A stretch of DNA of 64,000 nucleotides from an uncultured Bacteroidota bacterium (GCA_900696575.1 CAADHD010000018.1:151106-215105), one strand, 5' to 3'; counted from the first letter of the stretch, positions 20,602 through 31,046 are shown. Translations and numbers: made by a program. Notes: a model not told the origin generated them from the letters alone.

Positions 20602-21348
20602 ATGACACTGTTTACGGTTAAACAACTTCCCAATGTTTTTACCTGCATGAACCTGCTATGCGGCTGTGTGGCATTGGTAGCTGTATTTCACGGCAATGAA
20701 ATTCTGTTAGCCGGCATGGTGTTTCTGGCGGCTATGTTCGATTTGCTTGACGGATTAACCGCCCGCGGGTTCAATGCTTATTCCGATTTCGGAAAAGAGT
20801 TTGATTCCTTGGCCGATATGGTAACTTTCGGGGTTGTGCCGGGCATGATTATGTATAATCTGTTTGTAAAAGGACCCGATACGGTTTTCCTTGGCAGCAA
20901 TGTGCTCTTTCACATTTTGAAATACTTTCCTTTTATCATCACTGTATTTGCAGCCCTGCGCTTAGCGCGGTTTAATTGCCGGAAAAGCAGCAGCAGCTAT
21001 TTTACCGGAATGCCTACACCGGCTGCAGCATTGATGATTACTTCGCTGCCGCTTATTGTCCGTTACGACCGGTACGGATTGGGTGATCTGATTCACAACC
21101 CATATTTCATCTGCCTGTTTTCGCTTATCACAGCAGCTTTAATGATGAGCAACCTCAAATTGTTCGCTCTTAAATTTCACAACCTTGGCTGGAATGACAA
21201 CAAATTTCAATACCTGTTTCTGCTTATTGCTTTTATATTTTTTGTTTTATTCGGATTTACATCCGTTCCGCTTATCATCATGCTTTACATTGCCCTTTCG
21301 CTGGCATCAGGAATAAAATTTTTTAACCCATCAGAAAAAACATCATGA
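20602..21348 (+). CDS. pssA: CDP-diacylglycerol--serine O-phosphatidyltransferase (CDP-alcohol phosphatidyltransferase)
   Basis: LPNVFTCMNL, FDLLDGLTAR, GKEFDSLADMVTFGVVP, LRLARFN, FTGMPTP; TACCTTTG -7 box at 20589. Confidence 0.85.
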   Translation: MTLFTVKQLPNVFTCMNLLCGCVALVAVFHGNEILLAGMVFLAAMFDLLDGLTARGFNAYSDFGKEFDSLADMVTFGVVPGMIMYNLFVKGPDTVFLGSNVLFHILKYFPFIITVFAALRLARFNCRKSSSSYFTGMPTPAAALMITSLPLIVRYDRYGLGDLIHNPYFICLFSLITAALMMSNLKLFALKFHNLGWNDNKFQYLFLLIAFIFFVLFGFTSVPLIIMLYIALSLASGIKFFNPSEKTS

Positions 21349-21593
21349 AATACACAGCCCGCATTAATGTAATGCCTCAGAAAGCATTACTCGACCCGCA
21401 GGGGAAAGCCGTAACTGCTACCATGAAAAACCTGAATTTACCTGAAATTGAAAATGTGCGCATAGGCAAACACATTACTATGGAAGTAGAAGCGCCTGAT
21501 AAGGCAACTGCCGAAGAAAAAGTAAAGATAGCCTGCGAAAAACTGTTAGCCAACCCTGTTATGGAAACTTTTGAGTTTTCCATTGAAGGTTGA
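21345..21593 (+). CDS. purS: Phosphoribosylformylglycinamidine synthase subunit PurS
   Basis: LLDPQGKAV, VRIGKHI, LLANPVME. Confidence 0.95.
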   Translation: MKYTARINVMPQKALLDPQGKAVTATMKNLNLPEIENVRIGKHITMEVEAPDKATAEEKVKIACEKLLANPVMETFEFSIEG

Positions 21594-21614
21594 AGAAAAG
21601 CCTTAATCCTGCTC

Positions 21615-21830
21615 TTACTGCTTCGCTGTATTGGAATCGGCTTCCGCTTCCTGCATAGCGCTTTCGGCTTCGGCCCTGCGCAATGCCTCCTGTTCGGCAG
21701 CGCGCATTGCAGCCTGTGCGTTTTCTATTGAATCCTGTTCGGCTTGTTCTTTGGCAGCCTGTTCTTCTGCAGAAGGGCCGCAGGCAGTAAAGAATGCTAA
21801 TAATAAGGCGGGGATGATGATTTTCTTCAT
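21615..21830 (-). CDS. Small coiled-coil lipoprotein
   Basis: Lipobox FFTAC followed by GPSAEEQ; Ala/Glu-rich; paralog of 22637-23050. Confidence 0.75.
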   Translation of the reverse strand: MKKIIIPALLLAFFTACGPSAEEQAAKEQAEQDSIENAQAAMRAAEQEALRRAEAESAMQEAEADSNTAKQ

Positions 21831-21941
21831 GATGGATGGAATTATCGGTTGGAAGGCAAACTTACATTAAAGTTTAATGATTCATTCCTTTTTAAAAGAT
21901 TGATTTATATTCGCCCACTGAAACACTAAAAAATTTAATTC

Positions 21942-22460
21942 ATGAAAAAACTCACTTATGTATTTGTAGGTCTTTTGACCATCGGCTCTTTAGCCTTGTT
22001 CCCATCCTGCAGTAAGGATAAATGTAAAGATGTAACCTGCCAGAATGGCGGCACCTGCGATGAAGAAGACGGAAGTTGTAATTGCGCTGCCGGTTACGAA
22101 GGTACTAATTGCGAAACGGCAATGGCCGATAAGTTTGCCGGCAACTGGAAATACAATGAAACCTGTGCCGGAGCAACTGTAACCGACTTTACAACCACAT
22201 TTACCAAAACAGGAGCCAACAAAATTCAAATTAATGGTTTTGCCGGATTTGCATGTGGAGGTTCCAATATCCTTGTAAATTGTACAGTTAATGGACGTGA
22301 TATCACGGTAGATTCCGGTCAGTCATTTTGCGCAGCATCATTGCAAATTACTTCAGGTTCCGGAACAATTAACACCAGCGGCAATTCCATCAGTATGACT
22401 TATACTTATACTCTGGTTGGAGTTGGATCGCAAACATGCTCAGGCACCTATACAAAGTAA
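21942..22460 (+). CDS. EGF-like domain lipoprotein
   Basis: Lipobox FPSC; six-Cys EGF CKDVTCQNGGTCDEEDGSCNCAAGYEGTNCE followed by a beta-rich domain. Confidence 0.85.
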   Translation: MKKLTYVFVGLLTIGSLALFPSCSKDKCKDVTCQNGGTCDEEDGSCNCAAGYEGTNCETAMADKFAGNWKYNETCAGATVTDFTTTFTKTGANKIQINGFAGFACGGSNILVNCTVNGRDITVDSGQSFCAASLQITSGSGTINTSGNSISMTYTYTLVGVGSQTCSGTYTK

Positions 22461-22481
22461 TTTTTAATTGTTATTCACAAG

Positions 22482-22509
22482 AGGCTGCCTCAAAAGGGCA
22501 GCCTTTTTT
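22482..22509 (+). terminator. Intrinsic terminator
   Basis: AGGCTGCC...GGGCAGCCT plus T-run. Confidence 0.75.
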
Positions 22510-22574
22510 GTTCAAGTAAATTCCTTTATGCCTTCATAAAAACTTAGGTAGGTTCCAGTCTGAAAGAGGCCAAT

Positions 22575-22612
22575 AAAAAAAAGCCCCGCCAGTAAAACTG
22601 ACGCGGGCTTTT
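22575..22612 (-). terminator. Intrinsic terminator
   Basis: A8-GCCCCGCCAGT-AAA-ACTGACGCGGGC-TTTT downstream of the minus-strand lipoprotein gene. Confidence 0.7.
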
Positions 22613-22636
22613 AGTTTTATTTATTCTTCTATTTTT

Positions 22637-23050
22637 TTATTTACCTCCGCCAACCGGCTGGCCGCCTTTGGTAACTTTTGGAGGTTCTGTAGAAGCGGGG
22701 GTGCCATCGCTTTTAATTTCAGTACCACCTTTGGTAACCCCGGTACCTTTTGGCTCTTCTTTAGGAGCCGGCTTCGGTTTCGGAGCGCTTCCTTTTTTCA
22801 TCTTCGCCATTTCTTCAGCCATTTTGATGCTGTCCTGACGCATTTGCTCAACAACGGCAGCAATGCTGTCCTGAATGCGTTGTTGTTCGGCCATCATGGC
22901 TGCTTCAACAGCGGCAAGAGAATCAGCAGTTGCTTTGGCAATGCTGTCCTGTCTGTGTTTTTCTGCTGCAGCTTTTTCTTCAGCGCTGGGGCCGCAGGCG
23001 CTCAGCAGCATTACGCCTGATGCAATAAATGCAAGGATGTTCTTTTTCAT
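22637..23050 (-). CDS. Lipoprotein with DS-repeat coiled coil and Pro/Lys-rich tail
   Basis: Lipobox LLSAC then GPSAEEK; repeated QDSI/ADSL; internal TKGG repeats. Confidence 0.78.
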   Translation of the reverse strand: MKKNILAFIASGVMLLSACGPSAEEKAAAEKHRQDSIAKATADSLAAVEAAMMAEQQRIQDSIAAVVEQMRQDSIKMAEEMAKMKKGSAPKPKPAPKEEPKGTGVTKGGTEIKSDGTPASTEPPKVTKGGQPVGGGK

Positions 23051-23213
23051 AATTTGTAAGTTTAAATGTTTGAGATAACGGTGCGAAGATAGATAAGTAA
23101 ATGATTCCTGCCTGAAAATAAGAGGACATTCATCAGCAGGCTCATTCTCTGCAGAAACAGATTGTGAACCATGAAAGGAGCTATACGCTTACATTTGTAG
23201 CCTGAACCTGCCT

Positions 23214-24077
23214 ATGATCATTTCAATGACCGGATATGGCCGTGCTTCCGCCAAATCAGCGGGACATCAGGTAAATGTTGAAATAAGAACGCTTAACAGC
23301 AAAGCCTTTGAATTGTCTCTGCGTATTCCTTCTGTTTTAAAACCTTACGAATATCCTTTACGGGAACTGTTTACCGAATATATTCAGCGCGGCAAAGCCG
23401 ATGTGCTCATTTCAATAGATGGAAGCGATACAGCCCAAAGCACCGTTAACATTCAATTATTGGATAAGCATCTCAAGGAGTTGAAACAAATAGGAAGACG
23501 TCATCAGCTTGCAGATCAGAATCTACTGCAGGCAGCGCTCACTATTCCCGGAGTATTAACCGGCACTCAATCCGGATTGAATGAAGATGGATGGCAGGGC
23601 ATCCGCAGAATAGCGTTGAAGGCATTGGATGATTTGAGACACTATCGTAAAACGGAAGGCCGTGCTCTCGAAAATGATTTGGTAAAACGAATAACCCTGC
23701 TCCGGCAAGCAATCAAAAAAATTAAACTGACCGATCCGCAACGAAAAAATTCCGTGAAATCTAAATTGAAAAAATTAGTTTCTGACAGTGGAGCAGAAAT
23801 AAATGGAAACCGGCTGGAACAAGAACTCATTTATTATTTTGAGAAAATGGATATAACCGAAGAACTGGTCAGGTTGCAAAGCCATATTGATTTTTTTACC
23901 GATACCATTGCCTCAAAAGAGCCATCAGGGAAAAAGCTCGGATTTATTCTTCAGGAAATGAACCGCGAAGTAAATACCCTTGGCGCCAAGGCCAGTCATG
24001 CCGGCATTCAAAGACTGGTGGTTGAGATGAAAGATGAATTAGAGAAAATAAAAGAACAGCTTGCCAACGTTTTATAG
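23214..24077 (+). CDS. yicC: YicC/YloC-family endoribonuclease
   Basis: MIISMTGYG, IQRGK, EELVRLQSH, GKKLGFILQEMNREVNTLGAK, KIKEQLANV. Confidence 0.93.
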   Translation: MIISMTGYGRASAKSAGHQVNVEIRTLNSKAFELSLRIPSVLKPYEYPLRELFTEYIQRGKADVLISIDGSDTAQSTVNIQLLDKHLKELKQIGRRHQLADQNLLQAALTIPGVLTGTQSGLNEDGWQGIRRIALKALDDLRHYRKTEGRALENDLVKRITLLRQAIKKIKLTDPQRKNSVKSKLKKLVSDSGAEINGNRLEQELIYYFEKMDITEELVRLQSHIDFFTDTIASKEPSGKKLGFILQEMNREVNTLGAKASHAGIQRLVVEMKDELEKIKEQLANVL

Positions 24078-24086
24078 CCATCAGCG

Positions 24087-24710
24087 ATGACCGAAAAAAA
24101 CGAAACCATAAATCAGGAAAGCAAGGATGCATTGCTCATTTTGTTCTGTGGTCCTTCGGGCAGCGGAAAAACCAGCATTGTACACAGTCTGCTCAGCGCT
24201 TTTCCGCAGTTAAGTTTTTCGGTATCGGCAACAACACGTAAAAAAAGAAGTAACGAAGTACATGGCCGCGATTACTATTTCATCTCCATAGCCACGTTTA
24301 AGGAAAAAATAAAACAGAATGAATTTCTGGAATGGGAAGAGGTTTATCCGGGTGGATTTTACGGAACGCTGAAATCAGAAGTACAGCGCATAGCCGAACT
24401 GGGCAAGGTGGCCATTTTTGATGTGGATGTGGAAGGAGGATTGAATATCAAAAAGCAATTCGGAGGTAATTTAATGGATGTATTTGTAATGCCCCCCGGC
24501 ATGGAAGAACTAAAAAAACGATTGGTAGCGCGTGCTACCGAAACCGATGAAACCTTAATGGCGCGCGTATTCCGTGCAGAAAAAGAACTGGAGTATGCTT
24601 CGCGCTTTTCGCATGTCATCATTAATCATAAACTGGAGGAAGCCACCGAACAAGCACGCAACATGGTTTTTGATTTTTTTATAAAAAAAAATGTGGTGGT
24701 ACGGCAGTAG
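24087..24710 (+). CDS. gmk: Guanylate kinase
   Basis: GPSGSGKT, SVSATTR..R..EVHGRDYYF, FLEWEEVY. Confidence 0.96.
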   Translation: MTEKNETINQESKDALLILFCGPSGSGKTSIVHSLLSAFPQLSFSVSATTRKKRSNEVHGRDYYFISIATFKEKIKQNEFLEWEEVYPGGFYGTLKSEVQRIAELGKVAIFDVDVEGGLNIKKQFGGNLMDVFVMPPGMEELKKRLVARATETDETLMARVFRAEKELEYASRFSHVIINHKLEEATEQARNMVFDFFIKKNVVVRQ

Positions 24711-24731
24711 TTTTTATTCACCGGATTTATG

Positions 24732-25307
24732 ATGAAAGTGGGTTTACTGTTCGGCTCTTTTAATCCGGTACACATCGGCCACATGGCAGTAGCCAACTTC
24801 TTTGCAGAATTCACCCCACTCGATCAGGTATGGATGGTGGTTTCTCCTCACAATCCGCTGAAACCACCGGGCACATTGCTGCAGGATTATCACCGCGCCT
24901 CTTTAGTGCAGTTAGCTATTGGCGATTACAGTAAAATTAAACTTTCGAAAGTAGAGTTTACGCTTCCCCGCCCCTCCTATACAATTAACACGCTCATTCA
25001 TCTTTCTGAAAATTATCCCGGGTATTCATTTGTACTGCTAATGGGTACCGATTCTCTTGAAACACTACACAAATGGAAAAATCATGAGCAGATTTTAGAG
25101 CATTATGAGATTTTTGTTTATCCGCGACCCGGGTTTTCCGGTGGTAAGCTAATTAATCATTCTAAAGTTTCGTTGCATCAGGCTCCGCTTATCGAAATTT
25201 CTTCTTCGTTTATACGCAACTCCTTAAAACAAGGCAAAGACGTTCGTTTTATGCTGCCTGCTCCTGTCTGGAAAGAAATTGATGAATTGAATTTTTACCG
25301 GAAATAA
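24732..25307 (+). CDS. nadD: Nicotinate-nucleotide adenylyltransferase
   Basis: GSFNPVHIGH, VSPHNPLK, PSYTINTL, EISSSFIR. Confidence 0.95.
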   Translation: MKVGLLFGSFNPVHIGHMAVANFFAEFTPLDQVWMVVSPHNPLKPPGTLLQDYHRASLVQLAIGDYSKIKLSKVEFTLPRPSYTINTLIHLSENYPGYSFVLLMGTDSLETLHKWKNHEQILEHYEIFVYPRPGFSGGKLINHSKVSLHQAPLIEISSSFIRNSLKQGKDVRFMLPAPVWKEIDELNFYRK

Positions 25308-25346
25308 CTTTCTGATACTTTACACTTGCATTCTTTCCTGATCAAA

Positions 25347-26603
25347 ATGGAACTTATCAACCAACAATACTGCGTTCAGCAGATTCCTTTAACAGCGCTT
25401 ACCGGGAAGTACGGCACCCCCGTGTATGTATATGATACGGCTGCCATCAGCAGAAATTATCATCAGCTTAAAAAAGCTTTCCGCCAAACGGATATGCGGG
25501 TGATGTATGCCTGCAAAGCATTGAGTAATCTTAATATCCTTAAATACATTCATTCGCTGGGTTCGGGATTAGATACCGTTTCGCTTAACGAAGTTCACCT
25601 CGGCTTAAAGGCCGGTTTTGCTCCGCATGAAATCATATTTACGCCCAACTGTGTTTCCTTAGATGATATTTTGGAAGCAACTGAAATGGGAGTACATATT
25701 AATATTGATAACATCAGCATACTGGAGCAGTTCGGGCATAAAATTGGCGACAAGTATCCTATCTGCATTCGCCTGAATCCTCATATCATGGCAGGCGGGC
25801 ATCATCATATTTCGACCGGGCATATTGATTCGAAATTCGGAATTTCGGTTTATCAGATGCGGCATGTTCACCGCGTGATTGATTCAACCGGTTTGCGAGT
25901 GGAAGGATTGCACATGCATACCGGCTCCGATATTCTGGATGCCGGTGTTTTTCTGCAGGGGGCTGAAATTCTTTTTGAAGCGGCCATGAAATTCAAGAAT
26001 CTCCGGTACCTCGATTTCGGAAGCGGTTTTAAAGTAAAATACAAACCCGATGACAAGGAAATTGATATTGATGACATCGGTGAAAAAATCAGCTCGGCTT
26101 TCAATCAGTTCTGCAGTGATTACGGAAGCAAACTTGAATTATGGTTCGAGCCGGGTAAATACATGGTAAGCAACAGCGGATATTTTCTCACCAAGGTGAA
26201 TGTGGTAAAACAAACGGTAGCTACGGTTTTTGCCGGAGTCAATTCGGGGTTCAATCATCTTATCCGTCCGATGTTCTACGATGCTTATCATCAAATTGAA
26301 AACATCAGCAACCCGCCCGGAAGCAGAACTTCACCGGAGCGGATCTACACGGTAGTAGGCCAGATATGCGAAACCGACACGTTTGCCTGGGACCGAAGCC
26401 TGCGCGAAATAAAAGAAGGCGACATTCTCTGCTTTCTCAATGCAGGCGCTTATGGTTTTGAAATGGCCATGAATTACAACAGCCATTTCCGTCCGGCTGA
26501 AGTTATGATTCACGAAGGCAAAGATTACCTTATCCGCCAACGCGAAACGATGGATGATTTATTGAAAAATGTAGTGAGCGCAGAAGCGTTTCAGGCGGTC
26601 TAA
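25347..26603 (+). CDS. lysA: Diaminopimelate decarboxylase
   Basis: YACKA PLP lysine, SKFG, HMHTGS, DFGSG, EPGKY, GQICETD, GAYG. Confidence 0.93.
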   Translation: MELINQQYCVQQIPLTALTGKYGTPVYVYDTAAISRNYHQLKKAFRQTDMRVMYACKALSNLNILKYIHSLGSGLDTVSLNEVHLGLKAGFAPHEIIFTPNCVSLDDILEATEMGVHINIDNISILEQFGHKIGDKYPICIRLNPHIMAGGHHHISTGHIDSKFGISVYQMRHVHRVIDSTGLRVEGLHMHTGSDILDAGVFLQGAEILFEAAMKFKNLRYLDFGSGFKVKYKPDDKEIDIDDIGEKISSAFNQFCSDYGSKLELWFEPGKYMVSNSGYFLTKVNVVKQTVATVFAGVNSGFNHLIRPMFYDAYHQIENISNPPGSRTSPERIYTVVGQICETDTFAWDRSLREIKEGDILCFLNAGAYGFEMAMNYNSHFRPAEVMIHEGKDYLIRQRETMDDLLKNVVSAEAFQAV

Positions 26604-27898
26604 TCCAGACCGTATTTTTTCACATACTTACGGTAGAGTTGTTCATGCACATTATCAAGGTCAATCTGCTTGCCGCGGATAAAGGCTAAAGAAATTTTAC
26701 TGTGCATCATCTCGAGCAAATCGCCATCGGAAACAATCAGCGTGGCATCCTTGCCTTCTTCGAGAGTGCCAACGGTTTTTTCTATGCCGAGAATTTTTGA
26801 GGGAGTAAGCGTAACAGCCTGCAGCGCTTCTTCTCTATTTAATCCCCATGCGGCAGCGGTACCGGCCTGATAGGGAAGATTGCGCACCTGCCAGAACCCT
26901 TCATTGCTCAGGCAAAAAGTAACACCGCTGTCGCGTAGCATGGCCGGCAGTTTATACGGAAGCTGAATATCGGCATCAGGCCGTGGCGGTAGAGAATGAA
27001 CACGGTTTAGTACCACCGGGATATTGTTTTCGCGCAGTAAGGATGCAGCCATCCATGCATCGTTGCCGCCAACCAGCACCATCTGTACTCCATGTTTTTT
27101 TGCAAAGGCTACGGCTGCCTGTATCTGACGGATGGAATGAGCATGAATAAAAAGTTTTTTACTGCCGTCAAACAATCCGCGCATGGATTCAAGATGCCGG
27201 TTTGTGTTTTCCGGATTTTTCTCTGCAGAATAAGCACGGGCTTCTTCAAAAAGTTTGTTTAAAATCTGCAAATCTTTCTCGCTTCGTTTCTGTTGGTCTT
27301 CATCGGGTGGTGCGCGTCTGCTGCGTCTTACTTCCATCTGCGGCCAATGGAGGTGAATGCCAATGTCGGTTTTGTAGGCAGCATCTTCCCAGTTCCATGC
27401 ATCTAATTCAACAACGGATGATGTGCCTGAAATCAATCCTCCCTGCGGAACTACCTGAGCCATCAGGATGCCGTTGGAGCGTACGGTGTAAGTGATTTTT
27501 GAATCGGTGTTATAAGCAATAATCGATCGGGAAGAAGGATTGATGCTGCCAACTTCGCTGTAATCGCGTGTGGCGCGTACGGCTTCAATTTCACTCAGTC
27601 CTATTACCGTGTTCAAGGCAATCAGGCCGGGATAAATATGTTTTCCTTCCAGTTTGATGATGGTATCCCATGCGGCAGGATTGATGCGGATTACGCGCGC
27701 ATCGCCCACCAAAGTCAGATTTCCTTTTTCAAAACCGATGGCAGCATTTTCAATGATGGTTCCGTTGCCAAGATGCGCTGTGCCGTTGAGCAATAGTATT
27801 TTTTTTGTTTGTTCATTAGCAGGTACCGGATTCTGCGAAAAGGAGTGAATGGAAAAAAGAACAGCGGCTATAAAAAAGAAATGTTTCATGGTTCTCAT
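26600..27898 (-). CDS. Secreted amidohydrolase-family protein, probably non-catalytic partner
   Basis: HIYPGLIALNT (no HxH), VRATRD, GKDATL; start is one of the ATGs at 27907/27898/27889. Confidence 0.8.
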   Translation of the reverse strand: MRTMKHFFFIAAVLFSIHSFSQNPVPANEQTKKILLLNGTAHLGNGTIIENAAIGFEKGNLTLVGDARVIRINPAAWDTIIKLEGKHIYPGLIALNTVIGLSEIEAVRATRDYSEVGSINPSSRSIIAYNTDSKITYTVRSNGILMAQVVPQGGLISGTSSVVELDAWNWEDAAYKTDIGIHLHWPQMEVRRSRRAPPDEDQQKRSEKDLQILNKLFEEARAYSAEKNPENTNRHLESMRGLFDGSKKLFIHAHSIRQIQAAVAFAKKHGVQMVLVGGNDAWMAASLLRENNIPVVLNRVHSLPPRPDADIQLPYKLPAMLRDSGVTFCLSNEGFWQVRNLPYQAGTAAAWGLNREEALQAVTLTPSKILGIEKTVGTLEEGKDATLIVSDGDLLEMMHSKISLAFIRGKQIDLDNVHEQLYRKYVKKYGLD

Positions 27899-27911
27899 AT
27901 TTTTCATCGTT

Positions 27912-30900
27912 TTAAAAATGTTCATCTTCATCGTCCATGCAGTGTTTGTGTTCTTCGGGAGTAACGGGCGGTTTCCTGGCGTTGCTTCCGCCTTTTTCTT
28001 TTTCATTCAGCATTTTTGAAATCAAACGCTGTCTTTCTTTTTCGGCATCCTTGCGCAGTTGTTCATCGCGCTGCATATCGTAATAACACGCTCCATCCAC
28101 ATAGGTCTGCAAAACGCGGGCATATACGGAAAGCGGCTCCTTGTCCCACAATACCACATCGGCATCTTTGCCAACTTTAATACTTCCGGTACGGTCGCTT
28201 ATACGCAACATAATAGCCGGATTAAGAGTAACGAGTTTCAGGGCATCTTCCCGGCTCATGCCTCCGTACTTGATTCCCTTGGCGGCTTCCTGATTTAATC
28301 TTCGCGCCATTTCGGCATCGTCAGAATTGAAAGCTGTTACAATTCCCATTTTGTTAAGAATGCTGCCGTTATGAGGAATGGCTTCCATCACTTCGTATTT
28401 GTAAGCCCACCAGTCGGCAAACGATGAAGCAGCTGCTCCATGTTTTTTCATTTTATCGGCCACTTTGTATCCTTCAAGAATATGGGTGAAAGTATTTACC
28501 CTAAAGTTGAATGACTCGGCCACCTTCATCAGCATGTTGATTTCGCTCTGCACATAACTGTGGCAGGTGATGAATCTTTTACTGCGGATGATTTCAAGAA
28601 GTGTTTCAAGTTCAAGGTCTTTGCGGGGAGGAGCAGCTTTCGGATTTTTCTTTTTGAGATCATTAAATTTTTTCCAGTCGCGTTCGTATTCCAGTGCGCG
28701 GGTGAAAGCCTGCACATAGATTTGTTCTACGCCCATACGCGTTTGCGGATAGCGGATGGTATTCAAATCGCCCCAGTTGCTTTGTTTTACATTTTCGCCC
28801 AGGGCAAACTTGATGTACCCCGGCCAGTTTTCAAATTTCAATTCATCCTGTCCTTTTCCCCAGCGGAGTTTTATCAATTGTGTTTGCCCGCCAATAGGGT
28901 TGCAGGATCCGTGAAGCAGATGGGAGGAGGTTACTCCGCCAGCCAGCTGACGGTAAATGTTCATGTCTTCAGGATTCAATACATCGCCAATGCGCACTTC
29001 GGCTGAAGAAGCATGCGTACATTCATTTACATTTCCGATAACGGCAATGTGCGAATGCTCATCAATGATACCGGGCGAAAGATGTTTACCGGTTGCATCA
29101 ATGATTTTTACAATGCCTGTAACAGAAAGATTTTTGCCGATGCGTGTAATTTTTCCTTTGGAGATGAGCACATCGGTGTTTTCAAGAATGCCTTCCTTTT
29201 CGCACGTCCAGACGGTAGCATTGCGGAAGAGGACATCTTCCTGAGCGGGAAGATTTTCAAAACCGTAAGCAGAGTTTGGATAAAGTATTTTTCCGAAGTA
29301 AATGCTGTCTTTGGCCGTAGTGTCTTTTTTAATCGTGTCGCGGTATGTTTCTGTTCTTAAAGCCGACCAAATCACTGTAGAGCCACCGGGCAATAAAGCA
29401 GAGCCTGATAATTTATCAGGAGTCGCAGGAGTTACCGTAGCAGTGAGCAATATTGTTCCTATTTGTTTTTTGGCTTTCGATTCGTAGCGAAGGTTAATAA
29501 ATTCGTTTTTGAAAGAAACTGTGGCGTTGATGTCGGTTGTGTCTTCACGCACGGTTGCTTTGGGTGCATGCCATTTGTCTTTGATGGTTAATTTCTGGTC
29601 AGGGAAAGATTGAATTTTTAAGGACCATGTTCCGCGCAAATCGGCTGGAGGTACAGTTTGGTGAATGTTGCGTTCGCCCTGAGTCCAGTGCTCGGTAATG
29701 ATGGCATCGTCTTTAAAAATATCATCGGTGGCAATAAAGAAGTCGGCACGCATGCCGGGTTTTAATGCTCCTGCAATATTTTCTATTCCCATAAAAGATG
29801 CCGGTGTTTCGGTCAAGGCTTTAAGCGCATCTGCTTTTGATAATCCATACTTAACGGCTTTGCGCAGGGCAGGAAGAAATTCTTTTGGGTCTTTCAAACC
29901 ATGAGTAGTGAGGGCAAAAGGGATGTTAGCCTGAGCAATAAAAAAAGGATTGGCAGGAGCGGTTTCCCAATGTTTTAGTTCGCGCAGGGAAACATTCAAC
30001 GCATCGTAAGGGTCAGTTACATCATAGGCTTCGGGGAAGTTGAGCGGCACAATCAATGGCATTTTGGTTTTGGCAATTTCATCAAGCCGTTGGTATTCGT
30101 CACCTCCGGTTTTGATAAGGTAGCGTTGGTTGTATTCATTGGCTAAGCGCGAAGCCATCAATGCTTCGTATTTATCGCGGGCATCAAAAACAACGGGAAA
30201 TTTTGAAATGCGGTTCCATGCATCCAATGAAAGGTTAAACTCTTTTTCCTTTCCTCCTGCTGCATACCACTGAGCATCCAGATACGTCTGGCGCAATAAA
30301 GCATGGGCACCCATCAGCGATCCGGGATACTCCTGAGTTGAACTTCCTTTATCATAAGAAAGAAATGCAGCAGCACTGTCTTTTACTATCGCTTTATTAT
30401 CGCGCACCAAGGCCGTAGAAACCAAAGCGCCTGTTCCGCGGGCAATGCCATCCTGCTGATGAGTGAGTACCAAACCAAATCCTGCTTGTTGCAGTTGCAT
30501 GGCTTTCTTTTCGTCAATATCAAAAAGCCTGGCAGCATCCGTTTCCGGATGAACGGCCTGATTCCATCCATAGGCTCCTTTCAGGGTGCTTTCAAACTGA
30601 GGCCCGCGTTTATCAACGGGTTTTCGTTCGCTGCTCAATCCGTATCCGGAAAACAGGTCAATGAAGGATGGATAGATATACATCCCCTTTAAATCAAAAA
30701 CTACCGTACCGTCAGGAATGATGATGTTTTTTCCGGCTGCAATTACTTTTCCTTCTTTAATAAGAAGCACAGCACTGTCAATCACTGTTTGGTAATCCTG
30801 AAACAGGCGGGCGTTTTTAAAAGCATAGGTCAGGTTCCTGTCATCACGAATTCCGTTGAACGGAAAAGTAGTTTGCTGCGGAAGGGCGGTTTTAACGGTT

Positions 30901-30938
30901 ATTAAAACCGTGAAAAAAAATGTTAGTAAGTGGCGCAT
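27912..30938 (-). CDS. Secreted double-domain amidohydrolase-family protein
   Basis: Signal peptide from ATG 30938; N-domain YIYPSFIDLFS; C-domain PGIIDEHSH, KFALGEN, HSY, FTHILEG, NSDD. Confidence 0.88.
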   Translation of the reverse strand: MRHLLTFFFTVLITVKTALPQQTTFPFNGIRDDRNLTYAFKNARLFQDYQTVIDSAVLLIKEGKVIAAGKNIIIPDGTVVFDLKGMYIYPSFIDLFSGYGLSSERKPVDKRGPQFESTLKGAYGWNQAVHPETDAARLFDIDEKKAMQLQQAGFGLVLTHQQDGIARGTGALVSTALVRDNKAIVKDSAAAFLSYDKGSSTQEYPGSLMGAHALLRQTYLDAQWYAAGGKEKEFNLSLDAWNRISKFPVVFDARDKYEALMASRLANEYNQRYLIKTGGDEYQRLDEIAKTKMPLIVPLNFPEAYDVTDPYDALNVSLRELKHWETAPANPFFIAQANIPFALTTHGLKDPKEFLPALRKAVKYGLSKADALKALTETPASFMGIENIAGALKPGMRADFFIATDDIFKDDAIITEHWTQGERNIHQTVPPADLRGTWSLKIQSFPDQKLTIKDKWHAPKATVREDTTDINATVSFKNEFINLRYESKAKKQIGTILLTATVTPATPDKLSGSALLPGGSTVIWSALRTETYRDTIKKDTTAKDSIYFGKILYPNSAYGFENLPAQEDVLFRNATVWTCEKEGILENTDVLISKGKITRIGKNLSVTGIVKIIDATGKHLSPGIIDEHSHIAVIGNVNECTHASSAEVRIGDVLNPEDMNIYRQLAGGVTSSHLLHGSCNPIGGQTQLIKLRWGKGQDELKFENWPGYIKFALGENVKQSNWGDLNTIRYPQTRMGVEQIYVQAFTRALEYERDWKKFNDLKKKNPKAAPPRKDLELETLLEIIRSKRFITCHSYVQSEINMLMKVAESFNFRVNTFTHILEGYKVADKMKKHGAAASSFADWWAYKYEVMEAIPHNGSILNKMGIVTAFNSDDAEMARRLNQEAAKGIKYGGMSREDALKLVTLNPAIMLRISDRTGSIKVGKDADVVLWDKEPLSVYARVLQTYVDGACYYDMQRDEQLRKDAEKERQRLISKMLNEKEKGGSNARKPPVTPEEHKHCMDDEDEHF

Positions 30939-31046
30939 AGGGTAAAAACTGAAGGCAACGAAAATAATACTTTCATGCCGCTGCAAAAGGAGGAATAGCT
31001 GCCCCATCTTTTTTACTGCATCATCATGTAACCGATTTTAAACACT

